Shown here in pieces: positions 39,770 to 49,500 of a stretch of DNA of 64,000 bases. The notes below the pieces were generated by a model. That model was not told the origin of the DNA and did not search any database. It saw only the letters and a program-made list of their open reading frames with translations. Source of the DNA: Chitinophagaceae bacterium (GTDB taxonomy: Bacteria > Bacteroidota > Bacteroidia > Chitinophagales > Chitinophagaceae); assembly GCA_031372465.1 (NCBI GenBank), contig JANMLJ010000244.1, forward strand, positions 201 to 64,200. The letters are read 5' to 3'. Both the position numbers and the translations under genes were made by a program. Numbering within the stretch: position 1 is the stretch's first letter; each line of letters opens with the position of its first letter.

Positions 39770-41122
39770 TTACTTTCTGCGATGAAGCGTCATCATCATG
39801 CCGTACTTCGGACGCAGGTTAATGAGTGGCAATAACTCAACCCGGTGACCGGGGACTAGTTTCATCCTCCAAAATTGTGCAATGGAAGCAAGCACCAATG
39901 TGCCCTGCATCCAGGCAAAAGGTTCACCAATGCATGCACGGGGACCTCTGCTAAACGGGAAATACTCGTATTTCGAATTCAGACCATGTGAATGATTATC
40001 CCATGCATGAGGATCAAATTTCTCCGGGTCTGGATGGAACCGTGAATCATGGTGTATTAGATAAGGACTCATAAGAATGATGCTGCCCCGGGGAATGATA
40101 TATTTATCAATTGAAAAATCTTCCAGTGCCTGGCGTGGAATAACGTACGAAGGTGGATAGATCCTCAGAGATTCTCCGAATACCATTCGGGTATACTTTA
40201 GTTGCGCAATATCGTCAAGGGTAGGCGACCGTCCATTTAATACACGATCAAGTTCTTCATGCAATTCAGCTTCAGCTTCCGGATTTTTCGAAAGAAGATA
40301 CCATGTCCAGGTGAGAGCAGTAGAAGTAGTATCGAATGCCGTCAGAAAAAGTGTCATTGCCTCATCTCGCACTTGTTGGTCACTCATCCCTCCACCATCA
40401 CTTCTTTCATCCTGCGAACTGAGTAGTAAAGAAAGCAGGTCTTTTTTGTCTTCATTGTTGCGCCGGCGTTCATCAATCATTTTATAGATTGTTTTATCCA
40501 ACCGGGCTTTTGCTTTGTAAAACCGAAGTGTCCCCGGTAGGGGAAGTTTAAGTAAGAATTCCGAAAAAGGTAATGGTATTCTTCCAAACAGGCTTGTGGC
40601 AGTATCAAGAGCTTGATTAATTTCGTCAGTTTCTTTCTCTATATCTGAACTGAATAAGGTCTTTCCGGCAATCGTAATGCTCATCTTCGTCATTTCTTCC
40701 TTAATATCAACCCTCATACCTTCTTCCCAACTATTCATTTGTTCTGTGATACATTTCGTCATTGCCGGTACATAGGATTCGATCACTTGACGATGAAACG
40801 CTGGTTGAATTAAACGTGATTGACGTTTATGGAATTCTCCCTCACTTGTAAGGAGGCCCTCGCCCAAAAGTTCCTTTGCCATTTCCAAAGGACGGCCCTT
40901 TATAAAATTGCGATTTTGTGTTGTGAGTACTTCTTTGATAAATTCGGGGTGATTCAGAAGAACGACCCGAATGGGACCAATTTTAAAATGAACGACATCT
41001 CCGTATTCATCAGCAATTTTTTTTAAGAATCCAATACTGTCCCTACGGAAGCTGAATAAATGACCTAACGGGATTTTCGTCTTTGGCCCTGGTGGAAGTT
41101 TAGATCTGTTTACAGCACTCAT
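39770..41122 (-). CDS. Cytochrome P450
   Basis: I-helix TAFDTT, ESLR (ExxR), heme motif FSRGPRACIG. Confidence 0.95.
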   Translation of the reverse strand: MSAVNRSKLPPGPKTKIPLGHLFSFRRDSIGFLKKIADEYGDVVHFKIGPIRVVLLNHPEFIKEVLTTQNRNFIKGRPLEMAKELLGEGLLTSEGEFHKRQSRLIQPAFHRQVIESYVPAMTKCITEQMNSWEEGMRVDIKEEMTKMSITIAGKTLFSSDIEKETDEINQALDTATSLFGRIPLPFSEFLLKLPLPGTLRFYKAKARLDKTIYKMIDERRRNNEDKKDLLSLLLSSQDERSDGGGMSDQQVRDEAMTLFLTAFDTTSTALTWTWYLLSKNPEAEAELHEELDRVLNGRSPTLDDIAQLKYTRMVFGESLRIYPPSYVIPRQALEDFSIDKYIIPRGSIILMSPYLIHHDSRFHPDPEKFDPHAWDNHSHGLNSKYEYFPFSRGPRACIGEPFAWMQGTLVLASIAQFWRMKLVPGHRVELLPLINLRPKYGMMMTLHRRK

Positions 41123-41134
41123 ATATCTGTTAAA

Positions 41135-43153
41135 TTAAAAATAATAAATGGCACAGCCAACCTGTATGCCAGAACCAACCGCAATCATCAATCCGATATC
41201 TTCCGGGTTTATAAGTTCGTTTTCAACAGCATGCTCAAATGCATAGCTTAGAGATGAAGAAAACAGATCTGGTCCATCACCAGCCACATCAACAAATCTT
41301 TCCCGTGGAAGATTTAATTTTTCACTCAGTTGTGTAATGAAATCTGAAGAGATTTGTGGTGGAAAAATCTTATCAATGCTATTGAGATCAAGTCCCTCCA
41401 TCTGCAGCAACTCCTGAACAGCGGGGAAAATACAATCAATATACATTGATTCCAGGTTTGGCTCTTTTGCAATATGAAGATATGGGTTAGCGTCTTCGGG
41501 CTTATAATAACTTGTATAAGCGTTTAATGATTCTCCATGATGGCTAAATAGAAATCTTGAAAAACCTTTTTCGTTCGATGGCTGCGAATCAAGAATAAGA
41601 GCCGATGCGGTTTCACGAATACCCACCAATTTACCCGGAAAGAAACCGGCGTTGTTTTCACTTTCAGAAGCGACAACCATAGCAGTGTTACAACTCCCGG
41701 CCGCAATCATTTGTTGTGCAACATGACAGGCATTCAGGAAACCCAGAGAACTATTAAAAATATCAAAAGCAAGAGTTTTATTATTGTCTGGTTCTGATAC
41801 TGTGGCATTCATCTCCAACTCACCCGCCAGCAAAGCGGCATAAGCGGGTTCCAGAAGATACTCGCTGCGATAAACACCGCTGTAAATTAATAGACCGACC
41901 TCGCTTTTTTTGTATGATGATTTTTTAAGACATCTTGTGGCTGCCTGACGAAGCAGTTCCATTGAATCATTTTTCACAATAGCTTCAGTCGGTATTGTTC
42001 CTGTACTTTCAATCCGAATTCTTGCTGAAACAGGACTTGTAGCTGAACTCAAATTTTTGATTGTGTTTTCTTTTTGTATACAGGGTCGCTTTGATTCCAT
42101 TTGCCGCAATCGATCTGGTAAATCATCAAAGACATAAAGCGCCGTACCGATTGTGAGGCCAGAAGCGGAAATGCTAAAAACTATTTTATCCCCTGAATTG
42201 ATTTTATTACTCCGGATTTGATCGGCCAGTGCAACGAAATGAGATGTCGAAGCAGTATTGCCACGATGTTCCAAGTTGTTGATGGTATTGCCTTCATGAC
42301 AAATCCTGTTATTCAACAAACGATTGATCTCCCGCTTTGCACTATTGAGGGTCATGCCCGAGGTCTGATGCATGATCAAATGTTGAAAGCTTTCAGGTGA
42401 CCATCCGGCTTGCTGAAGCATATTTATTGAATGTTTCGCACCTGATTTAACGGCAACATCGGTCAGCTTTACCGAATCTGTGTACATGATCATTCCACCT
42501 TGTTCTGAGGCTTTGGCAATACAATATTGACTATAGCCACCAAATGTTTGAAGTTCGAGTTCCTGAAAGCCGGTTTGATTTTCAGATCCTTTTTCAAGGA
42601 TCAGTGCAGCTCCTGCATCTCCCAATGTCAAACATGCAAGCCGGGTGTCCATGAAACCTTCGATCTCTTTCTGAGCGGTTTGAGTAAGGTGTGTAATGTA
42701 TTCACCGCTAACCACCATACCACGACGGATAGTTCCGGCCTTTAAAAAAGCATTGACAATACAGATCCCGGTAAACATACCGGCACATGCATTGGTTATA
42801 TCAAATACAATTGCATTGGTAAAACCAAAGTGATGCCTGAGTTTGATAGAAGTATTTGGTTCAAAAGATACCAAACCTATGTCATCATATCTTGAGATAT
42901 TACAACAAATCAAAAGATCTATATCTGTTGGATTATATTTTGATTTTGAAAGGCAATCGGCAATTGCTTTCCTTGCCAAATCAATGGAAAACTCACTCTT
43001 GCCCGCCATACGCCTGGTCTTAATTCCTGTAATATTTTCCAAAGGGAATTGAATCTCATTTTTACATCCCTTCAATACTTCGCCTGTAGACACGGATTGT
43101 GGAGGAAGATAGATTCCGAGGCTCTCTATGATGGTATTCTGTTTGATACCCAT
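41135..43153 (-). CDS. Two-domain KAS-III/thiolase-fold condensing enzyme (fused LstA/LstB- or OleA-like)
   Basis: Domain 1 has FEP, NAC, HQTS and GNT (intact Cys-His-Asn). Domain 2 keeps GVYRxxxxxEPA but has NSS, PPQ and PDL at the triad positions. Confidence 0.85.
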   Translation of the reverse strand: MGIKQNTIIESLGIYLPPQSVSTGEVLKGCKNEIQFPLENITGIKTRRMAGKSEFSIDLARKAIADCLSKSKYNPTDIDLLICCNISRYDDIGLVSFEPNTSIKLRHHFGFTNAIVFDITNACAGMFTGICIVNAFLKAGTIRRGMVVSGEYITHLTQTAQKEIEGFMDTRLACLTLGDAGAALILEKGSENQTGFQELELQTFGGYSQYCIAKASEQGGMIMYTDSVKLTDVAVKSGAKHSINMLQQAGWSPESFQHLIMHQTSGMTLNSAKREINRLLNNRICHEGNTINNLEHRGNTASTSHFVALADQIRSNKINSGDKIVFSISASGLTIGTALYVFDDLPDRLRQMESKRPCIQKENTIKNLSSATSPVSARIRIESTGTIPTEAIVKNDSMELLRQAATRCLKKSSYKKSEVGLLIYSGVYRSEYLLEPAYAALLAGELEMNATVSEPDNNKTLAFDIFNSSLGFLNACHVAQQMIAAGSCNTAMVVASESENNAGFFPGKLVGIRETASALILDSQPSNEKGFSRFLFSHHGESLNAYTSYYKPEDANPYLHIAKEPNLESMYIDCIFPAVQELLQMEGLDLNSIDKIFPPQISSDFITQLSEKLNLPRERFVDVAGDGPDLFSSSLSYAFEHAVENELINPEDIGLMIAVGSGIQVGCAIYYF

Positions 43154-43409
43154 TTTCTGGATTACGGATTGAATTTAATAATTACTAACACTCTTTCCCT
43201 TGGTATTGAAGTTTGCTTAAAGTCTTCTTTAAAAAAATTTATAGTTTAAAAGTAAGCGTATTTTCCTGAAAAAAATTTAGATTGAATGTGTTCAATGTTT
43301 TTCTTGGCATATCGTCAAAGCAATTTTCTGTTTCCTTTTGATGCTAATCATAGTTTGAAATGATATTTTTCATCTAACTTGAATAGCGGTTCATTTTAAT
43401 TGTATTCAT

Positions 43410-45134
43410 ATGACTCATTTACCTGCTTCATTTGTTGATATTTTGCGAGGACGGGCAGAAGAACAGCCCAGACAGCTGGCTTATCGATACCTGGTAGATG
43501 GAGAATATGAAGAAATTATTATGACATATGAAGATCTGGATCAGCGGGCACGTTCAATAGCAGCATTACTTCAGTCTTCTGCAAAAGCAGGAGATCGGGC
43601 TCTTTTAATATTTCCACCAGGATTAGATTTTATTGCTGCTTTTTTTGGTTGTTTGTATGCTAAAATTCTGGCCATTCCGGTCTATTCCCCTCATCCGGCA
43701 CGACTTGAAAAAAACTTATCCAATATTCTCCGAATTGCAAATGACGCTAAACCTGCCGTTGCGTTATTAACTTCATCGCTTTGTGATGTTATAAAATCCC
43801 GAAAAGAAATTGCGGATGAGTTTGGTAATATAAAATTGCTGGCTACAGACAACTATGTTATAAATGATTTCAGCGATCAATGGAAACAACCCGTGATTGG
43901 TAAGAATGATTTAGCTTTTCTTCAATATACATCTGGTTCAACAACTACACCTAGAGGTGTGATTGTAAGTCATAGCAATCTGTTACACAATATGGGACTT
44001 ATAGAGAATTGTTTCGGACAATCAAGTGAAAGTCATGCTGTCATTTGGTTACCTCCTTATCATGATATGGGACTCATAGGAGGAATTTTGCAACCACTCT
44101 ACACAGGATATCCTGCAACACTTTTATCTCATATGATGTTTTTACAACGGCCTGTTCGTTGGCTGCAAGCAATCTCCCGTTTCCATGCCACAACCAGTGG
44201 GGGACCAAACTTCGCATACGATTTATGTGTCAGGAAGATCAAACCTGAACAAAGGGAACTACTCGATCTCAGCAGCTGGGAAGTTGCATTCAATGGTGCT
44301 GAACCGATCTACAACAAAACACTGGATCAATTTGCAGAATACTTTGCTCCTTGTGGTTTTCATCGTGAGGCCTTTTTGCCTTGTTATGGTTTAGCTGAAG
44401 CAACATTAATGGTTACAGGCGGGCCTAAAGGCAGAACTCCGATAACCCAAAACCTAATGTACTCAGGGCTTGAACAAAACAAGGTAATAATTACACCTGA
44501 AAAAAATAATGACACCCGGACGCTGGTGAGTTGCGGAAAAAAAATACCTGATCAGCAGATAAATATTGTTAATGCAGAAACAATGATGCTGTGTCCTTCT
44601 GATCAAATTGGAGAAATATGGGTGAGCGGACCCAGCGTTGCAAAGGGTTATTGGAACAAACCATTGGAGACTGAATTAACTTTTGGTGCCCGGTTATCAA
44701 ATTCAGATGAAGGACCATTCTTGCGAACAGGGGATCTTGGGTTTCTGAATGAAGGAGAGTTATACATAACCGGACGTCTTAAGAACCTGATTATTTCAGA
44801 TGGAAAGAATCACTATTCACATGATATAGAAAGGACGGTTGAAAGATCTCATCCCGCTATACGACTGGCAGGATGTGCTGTTTTTTCGATCATTGATTCT
44901 GTGAACGAACGAATCATCGTCATTGCTGAGGTTGAGCATACGCTTGCTGTGAATTCAGAGGAAGTAAAAAAAGCTATCCGCCATGCTGTGTCGATCAATC
45001 ATGATTTACATATCGATGATATCAAACTAACCAATCCTGGTGACATACCAAGAACCACCAGTGGTAAAATAAGACACTTTCTTTGCAAAACAAATTACAT
45101 GGCTGAAGCCTTTAAAGAAATAAATTCAATATGA
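43410..45134 (+). CDS. Fatty acyl-AMP ligase (FAAL)
   Basis: AFLQYTSGST, WLPPYHDMGLIG, NFAYDLC, CYGLAEATL, LRTGDLG, PRTTSGK. Confidence 0.92.
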   Translation: MTHLPASFVDILRGRAEEQPRQLAYRYLVDGEYEEIIMTYEDLDQRARSIAALLQSSAKAGDRALLIFPPGLDFIAAFFGCLYAKILAIPVYSPHPARLEKNLSNILRIANDAKPAVALLTSSLCDVIKSRKEIADEFGNIKLLATDNYVINDFSDQWKQPVIGKNDLAFLQYTSGSTTTPRGVIVSHSNLLHNMGLIENCFGQSSESHAVIWLPPYHDMGLIGGILQPLYTGYPATLLSHMMFLQRPVRWLQAISRFHATTSGGPNFAYDLCVRKIKPEQRELLDLSSWEVAFNGAEPIYNKTLDQFAEYFAPCGFHREAFLPCYGLAEATLMVTGGPKGRTPITQNLMYSGLEQNKVIITPEKNNDTRTLVSCGKKIPDQQINIVNAETMMLCPSDQIGEIWVSGPSVAKGYWNKPLETELTFGARLSNSDEGPFLRTGDLGFLNEGELYITGRLKNLIISDGKNHYSHDIERTVERSHPAIRLAGCAVFSIIDSVNERIIVIAEVEHTLAVNSEEVKKAIRHAVSINHDLHIDDIKLTNPGDIPRTTSGKIRHFLCKTNYMAEAFKEINSI

Positions 45135-46438
45135 AATTCGGCATATTTATCGACCTGCAATTACCCCGCCCCTGGCGGGAAGGAGATGAAACCAAACTTT
45201 TTCAGGAAGCATTGGAGCAGGTGGAGTTAGCAGATCGTCTTGGCATTGATTATGTATGGGTACAAGAACATCACTTTCTTGAAGAGTATTGTCACTCCTC
45301 CGCACCCGAAGTTTTCCTTGCCGCCTGTAGTCAACGGACAAAAAATATTCGTCTCGGACACGGTATTGTTGTGATGTCTCCAAACATTAATCATCCGGCG
45401 AGAATCGCAGAACGAATTTCTACACTCGATATCATCAGCGGTGGTCGTGTGGAATGGGGTACCGGTGAGTCGGGCTCACGTATGGAATTGGAAGGATTTG
45501 GTGTTGACTTTATTGACAAACGTGCCATGTGGGCTGAAGCTGTAAGAGAGACAGCGAAAATGATGTGCATGGAACCTTACCCAGGTTTCAATGGAAAATA
45601 TTTTTCGATGCCGCACAGAAATGTTGTTCCAAAACCTGTTCAGAAACCTCATCCTCCTCTTTGGGCAGCATGTTCGAACCGGGACAGTCTGCAGTTAGCT
45701 GCTCAATTGGGTATGGGAGGATTAACTTTTGCTTTTGTGAATGCCGAAGAAGCAAAGTTTTGGGTTGATGAATATTATGAGACCTTTAAAAAGAATTGCA
45801 AACCGATTGGGCAATCAGTTAATCCCAATGTTGCAATGCTTACGGGGTTCATGTGTGATCAGGATAATGAAACAGCAATACAACGGGGAATGGAAGGAGC
45901 ACAATTCTTTGCACATGGTTTAGGTCATTATTGGCGTGATGGCACACATGTTCCTGGTCGTACAAACTTGTGGAGTGATTTTAAAGAACAACCAACATCC
46001 GTTGTTGAAAAAATGGAACGTGAACGAAAGAAGGCAGGCATGCGGGGAATCGGAAATCCAAAAAACCTTATCGAAAATTTTCGTGCTTTGGAAGATGCCG
46101 GTGTAGATCAATTAATTTTATTACAACAGAGCGGCAACTACAGTCATGAGCATATTTGTAAGTCACTTGAACTTTTTGCAAATGAAGTTCTGCCTCAATT
46201 TAAAGAAAGAGAAACTATACGTGAAAAAGTCAAAGACAAGGAATTAGAACCATTTATTGTTAGTGCTATGGATAATGTGCAGAAGCCTGAACAGATGAAT
46301 GATGTACCGCCTGTTGAAGCTTATCCACTCCTGTGGAATAGTATGAGTACTGAGAATCCGCAGAGCGTACCTGATCGGCGTCCAGGGTTATCCGCATTCT
46401 GGCAAATGCAGGTAGGTGGTAAGCGTTCGAAGAAATAG
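45131..46438 (+). CDS. Luciferase-like (LLM class) flavin-dependent monooxygenase
   Basis: MKFGIF, QEHHF, RTKNIRLGHG, HPARIAERISTLD, PKPVQKPHPPLW. Confidence 0.9.
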   Translation: MKFGIFIDLQLPRPWREGDETKLFQEALEQVELADRLGIDYVWVQEHHFLEEYCHSSAPEVFLAACSQRTKNIRLGHGIVVMSPNINHPARIAERISTLDIISGGRVEWGTGESGSRMELEGFGVDFIDKRAMWAEAVRETAKMMCMEPYPGFNGKYFSMPHRNVVPKPVQKPHPPLWAACSNRDSLQLAAQLGMGGLTFAFVNAEEAKFWVDEYYETFKKNCKPIGQSVNPNVAMLTGFMCDQDNETAIQRGMEGAQFFAHGLGHYWRDGTHVPGRTNLWSDFKEQPTSVVEKMERERKKAGMRGIGNPKNLIENFRALEDAGVDQLILLQQSGNYSHEHICKSLELFANEVLPQFKERETIREKVKDKELEPFIVSAMDNVQKPEQMNDVPPVEAYPLLWNSMSTENPQSVPDRRPGLSAFWQMQVGGKRSKK

Positions 46439-46506
46439 TTTTTATTGAGTTCAGAGAGACAGACAATTTTTAAAATTGATTTTTTTCTTACTAATTAATC
46501 TACGAA

Positions 46507-49500
46507 GTGCTGAAAAAAAGAGAAATTCAGGATTGGTTGATTGCGCATATCGCAGAGTTATTGCATATAGCTCCGGATACTATTGATATTCGTGAATCTT
46601 TCTCAAGCTATGGATTGTCCTCACTTGATGTTGTATCACTTTCAGGCGACCTGCAAGAATTACTTGGACGTCGACTCTCACCAACACTGGCTTATGACTA
46701 TCCCAATATTTTAACTCTCTCAAATCATCTTGCCGAGAATATAGAAAACAAGAAGTCTTCCTTAGTTACAAATTCAATGTCCGATACTTCAAAAGAACCA
46801 ATAGCTATCATTGGAATTGGATGCCGTTTCCCGGGGGCAAAGGATCCGGAATCGTTCTGGCAATTACTTCGCGATGGCGTTGACATGATCAGCGAAGTTC
46901 CGGCTGACCGATGGAACAAACAGGCTTTCTATCATCCTGACCCATCTGTTCCAGGCAAATCGATTTCCAGTTGGGGGGGATTTCTTGAAAATATTGATCA
47001 GTTCGATCCATTCTTCTTTGGTATTTCGCCTATTGAAGCAAAATATATGGATCCGCAACAACGATTGCTTTTAGAGTTGTCTTATGAAGCACTTGATTCT
47101 ACAGGTAAAACCAAAGAAAATCTTTCTAGTACTAAGACGGGAGTATTTATTGGTATTTCTTTAAACGAATACAGTCAGCTTCAATTTGGCGATCCTTCAA
47201 TGATAACCAGTCATTCGGGCACTGGTAACGCTTTATCTATTGCAGCTAACCGTATTTCTTATTTTTTCAATTTTCATGGACCAAGTATGGCAATTGATAC
47301 GGCTTGTTCTTCCTCTCTGACTGCAGTTCATTTAGCATGTCAAAGTATAAGAAGTGGTGAATGCAGTATGGCACTTGCAGGTGGAGTAAATATGATTCTT
47401 TCTCCGGCACACTCGATCGCTTTTACTAAAGCCGGTGTTTTAGCACCTGATGGCAGATGTAAAACATTCGATGCAGGTGCAAATGGCTACGTTCGCGGTG
47501 AAGGTGGTGGTGTGATTGTTCTTAAATCGCTTTCTTCTGCTTTGGCTGATGGTGATCCAATACAAGCAATAATCTTAAGTAGTGCCATGGGACAAGATGG
47601 CCGAACAAATGGATTGATGGCACCAAGTCAGGAAGGCCAGGAAGAAATGTTAAGAGAAGCATATAAAGCAGCAGGTGTATCTCCAGACAGCGTTCAATAT
47701 GTAGAAACTCATGGAACGGGTACACTTTTAGGCGATTCAATGGAGGCTAAAGCTCTTGGAAAAGTAATCGGTACAGATCGTAAAAATGGACCTTGTGCAA
47801 TTGGTTCTGTAAAAACAAATATCGGTCATCTGGAAGCTGCGGCAGGAATTGCTGGTTTAATTAAAGTTATTCTGAGCCTCAAAAACCGAACTATTCCTCC
47901 GAGTCTTCATTATCATTCACCCAATCCACATATTCCTTTTGATGAACTTAAACTTCGGGTTAATTCTGAATTGAATTCCTGGCCATCGGATTCTGATCAT
48001 CCGGCTCTAGCAGGTGTAAGTTCATTTGGTTTTGGTGGAACCAATGTACATGTGATAGTGAGTGAAGCAATCAGCTATAAGAAAGATGAAAAAGAGAAAA
48101 AGCAAATTGATTCAACCTATTCTAATTGTTTTCTGCTTCCACTATCGGCTCATAGCCCGGATGCACTTCATCCGCTTGCTGATAGTTTTATAGAATTGCT
48201 TGCCGACGATTCTGATATCACAGCGAACGATATATGTTATGCCGCCAGTGCAAGACGTAGTCAGTATGATTATCGGTTGGCAGTAGTTGGAAATTCCCGA
48301 AATGAATTACATAATAACCTTCAAGCTTTCATTCGGAGAGAACAGAATCCCAATGTTATAATTGGCAGCGGGGTTGCTCATCGTCTGCCAAAACTTGCAT
48401 TCGTTTTTTCAGGACAAGGTGGGCAATGGTTTGGCATGGGCCGTGAATTGCTGAAACAAGAACCTGTTTTTTATAAAGCAATTGAGCGAATAGATCAGAT
48501 TATTCAGAAAAATTTTTCATGGTCATTGACGGACGAGCTTTGCGCAGAACGATCGGTATCAAGACTCGGTGAAATCGATGTGGTTCAACCGGTACTGTTT
48601 GCTATTCAGATTGCATTAGCTGAATTATGGCAATCATGGGGCATTAAACCCGATGCTGTAGTAGGTCACAGTATGGGTGAAGTAGCTTCCGCATATATAG
48701 CAGGTGTATTAAGTTTGGAAGACGCTATTAAAATTGTCTGCTCCCGCAGTCAACTATTAAAAAAATTGCGTGGAAAAGGAAGCATGATAGTGACGGAGCT
48801 ATCTCCGGCTCAGGCAAAAGAAGTACTTAATGGGTATGACAAGGAAATAGCAATCGCTGTGTTCAACAGTCCTTCATCAACTGTTTTATCAGGTGATACT
48901 GAAACAATAAACAAAGTAAAAGATTCTCTGGCTCGTCAAAATCTCTTTTGCAAATTAGTTAACGTAGATGTCGCATCTCACAGTCCACAAATAGATCTAT
49001 TACGTTCTGATATGTACAAGGTACTGGAGGGATTAGATCCTCAACCTGCTACTTTACCTATCTATTCAACAGTGACTGGGGCAAGGGCAAATGATTTAAA
49101 CTTCAATGCAGATTACTGGATAGACAATCTTAGAAAACCAGTATTGTTTTCTGATGCGATCGGTCAATTATTTGATGATGGATACTCAACTTTTATTGAG
49201 ATCGGTCCCCATCCTGTTCTTCTAAGTTCTATACAACAATCATTACAGTCTCGTAACCGTAAAGTCAGCTTGCTTCCATCTTTGCGGCGTGAAGAACCAG
49301 AACGTCAAATTCTTTTTGGATCCCTTGGTAAACTTTACACTGAAGGATTTTCAATTGACTGGAAGAACATTTATCCAAATGGCGGGAAATATGTTAATCT
49401 TCCTTTGATACCATGGCAGCGGCAGCGTTATTGGACAGATACAAAGTCATCAAGGTCGAAAAATTCATGGCATTGGGATAAGAACGTTCATCCATTGTTG

